Origin: Anaerolineae bacterium
GTDB taxonomy: Bacteria; Chloroflexota; Anaerolineae; UBA1429
Direction of reading: 5' to 3'
Length of the DNA: 64,000 nt
NCBI GenBank assembly: GCA_040768165.1
Contig: JAXGNH010000010.1
Location: 120,590-184,589 of the forward strand
This document shows, piece by piece, positions 63,101 to 64,000 of this stretch. Every line of letters begins with the position of its first letter. Position 1 is the first letter of the stretch. The position numbers and the translations under genes were made by a program. The notes under the pieces were generated by a model. It searched no databases, was not told the origin of the DNA, and saw only the letters and a program-made list of their open reading frames with translations.

Positions 63101-64000
63101 GGTGTGAGCGTCGGAGGCCTCCCCTCATCGGCAGATGCGTAATCGCGCACGAAATCCTCGAACCCATTTCGGATGTTCTCGCGGAACGCCTGCGATACGA
63201 GCGAATCGCCGAATAGCTGGAACGACCGGCTGCGATATTGCGTGTTCAGCGTGTACATCAGTCTCTGAAGATCGACATAATCACTCACAGAGCCCTCGTT
63301 GAGTTCGAGGAATGGATAAAGCTTGCCGTTCAGCATCTCCAGCCGCTCATCCCATCCCCGCTCACGGAAAAAGCCCTCGTACTGGTGGTAGATGTCGGTG
63401 GTAGGCACTGGCGTGAAGAGCATGGGGATGCACGATCCGACCACCTCCGAGACGAACATTACCGACTTGACCACGTCGTCGATCTTTTCGTTGGGAAGGC
63501 CGTAGAGCACAAAGGCGTTCACGTCCATGTGCCGAAGGTTGAAGCCGGCGCTTTCGGCCATTCGGACGGCAGTAACGAACTGCTCTAGGGTGACGTGGCG
63601 GCGGTTGAGTTGCGACAGATGGGTTTGGTTGATCGTCTCGCAGGGCAGGTACAGCCGCTGCATGTTCGCCTGCTTGAGAAGGTCGAGCAGACGCTGCGAC
63701 TGGCTCAGGTGGCGCACGTCCAGCCCCTCCGGTGCGTACAGTCGATAGAAACGGCTGTCGGCGATGAGCGCCCCTAGGAGCCGCTGAAAGTTGCGCTCGT
63801 GATCCCACAGCAGGAAATCCGCGTAGAAGGCAAAGTCCTTGATGCCGTAGGTGTCCTGAGCGTGTTGCATCTCTGCCACGATGTCGTCTACGGGGCGATA
63901 CTCGACGTGCCGCCGCCCGCCATTGATTGTGCGCTGAGCGCAGTAGGCGCAGTTGTACGGGCAGCCCCGGGCAGGCGTGACGATGGCATAGTCCGGGGGC
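63097..64000 (-). CDS. Radical SAM protein (N-terminus beyond the window)
   Basis: The frame is open to position 64000. My translation of the last 120 nt gives PPDYAIVTPARGCPYNCAYCAQR (CxxxCxxC). GC is visibly lower than in the neighbours. Confidence 0.7.
   Translation of the reverse strand, partial: PPDYAIVTPARGCPYNCAYCAQRTINGGRRHVEYRPVDDIVAEMQHAQDTYGIKDFAFYADFLLWDHERNFQRLLGALIADSRFYRLYAPEGLDVRHLSQSQRLLDLLKQANMQRLYLPCETINQTHLSQLNRRHVTLEQFVTAVRMAESAGFNLRHMDVNAFVLYGLPNEKIDDVVKSVMFVSEVVGSCIPMLFTPVPTTDIYHQYEGFFRERGWDERLEMLNGKLYPFLELNEGSVSDYVDLQRLMYTLNTQYRSRSFQLFGDSLVSQAFRENIRNGFEDFVRDYASADEGRPPTLTP

Noticed and set aside
1-64000. Search for tRNA, rRNA, transposase, integrase or phage structural genes.
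   Set aside because: No cloverleaf-like T-arm motifs (GGTTCGAATCC-type), no rRNA-like stretches and no DDE/tyrosine-recombinase-like ORFs were recognised. Absence is by eye only and should be confirmed with tRNAscan-SE, Infernal and ISfinder-type searches.

Overview
This is a 64-kb, very GC-rich bacterial chromosomal segment. Lines I counted in ordinary genes are about 70% G+C. The gene flavour suggests Chloroflexota, but I cannot verify the taxon. Coding density is high on both strands and most genes are housekeeping or metabolic: a NitT/TauT-type ABC importer, a GH38 mannosidase, an ECF sigma/anti-sigma pair, aconitase plus NAD-type isocitrate dehydrogenase, and a hypA-B-F-C-D-E [NiFe]-hydrogenase maturation operon in which hypF is broken by many frameshifts. 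Further genes include a GH116 glycosidase, a CoADR-rhodanese-TusA-DsrE fusion, an SLT/TPR lytic transglycosylase, MarR with a heterodimeric ABC exporter, transketolase, tartrate dehydrogenase, RuvB and QueH. Accessory pieces are interspersed: (i) a PD-(D/E)xK-like gene next to an AbiEi/AbiEii module, (ii) a NucS-like nuclease-fold gene bracketed by inverted repeat arrays, (iii) a 1,210-aa NB-ARC STAND ATPase with TPR repeats and an N-terminal domain that looks like a catalytically dead CHAT protease, and (iv) a low-GC radical-SAM gene at the right edge. The most striking non-coding signal is that most of the longer intergenic gaps are filled by nested palindromic repeats. There are two families built from degenerate 7-mer or 10-mer arrays, plus a GTAG(G)-headed REP-like superfamily whose stems co-vary and which forms tandem arrays of about 42, 95 and 140 bp units. 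Several sigma70-type promoters (TTGACA/TATAAT-like), two candidate operators and a few intrinsic terminators are readable. I recognised no rRNA, tRNA, CRISPR array, transposase or integrase. All family assignments come from motif recognition by eye and need HMM or structure searches to confirm.
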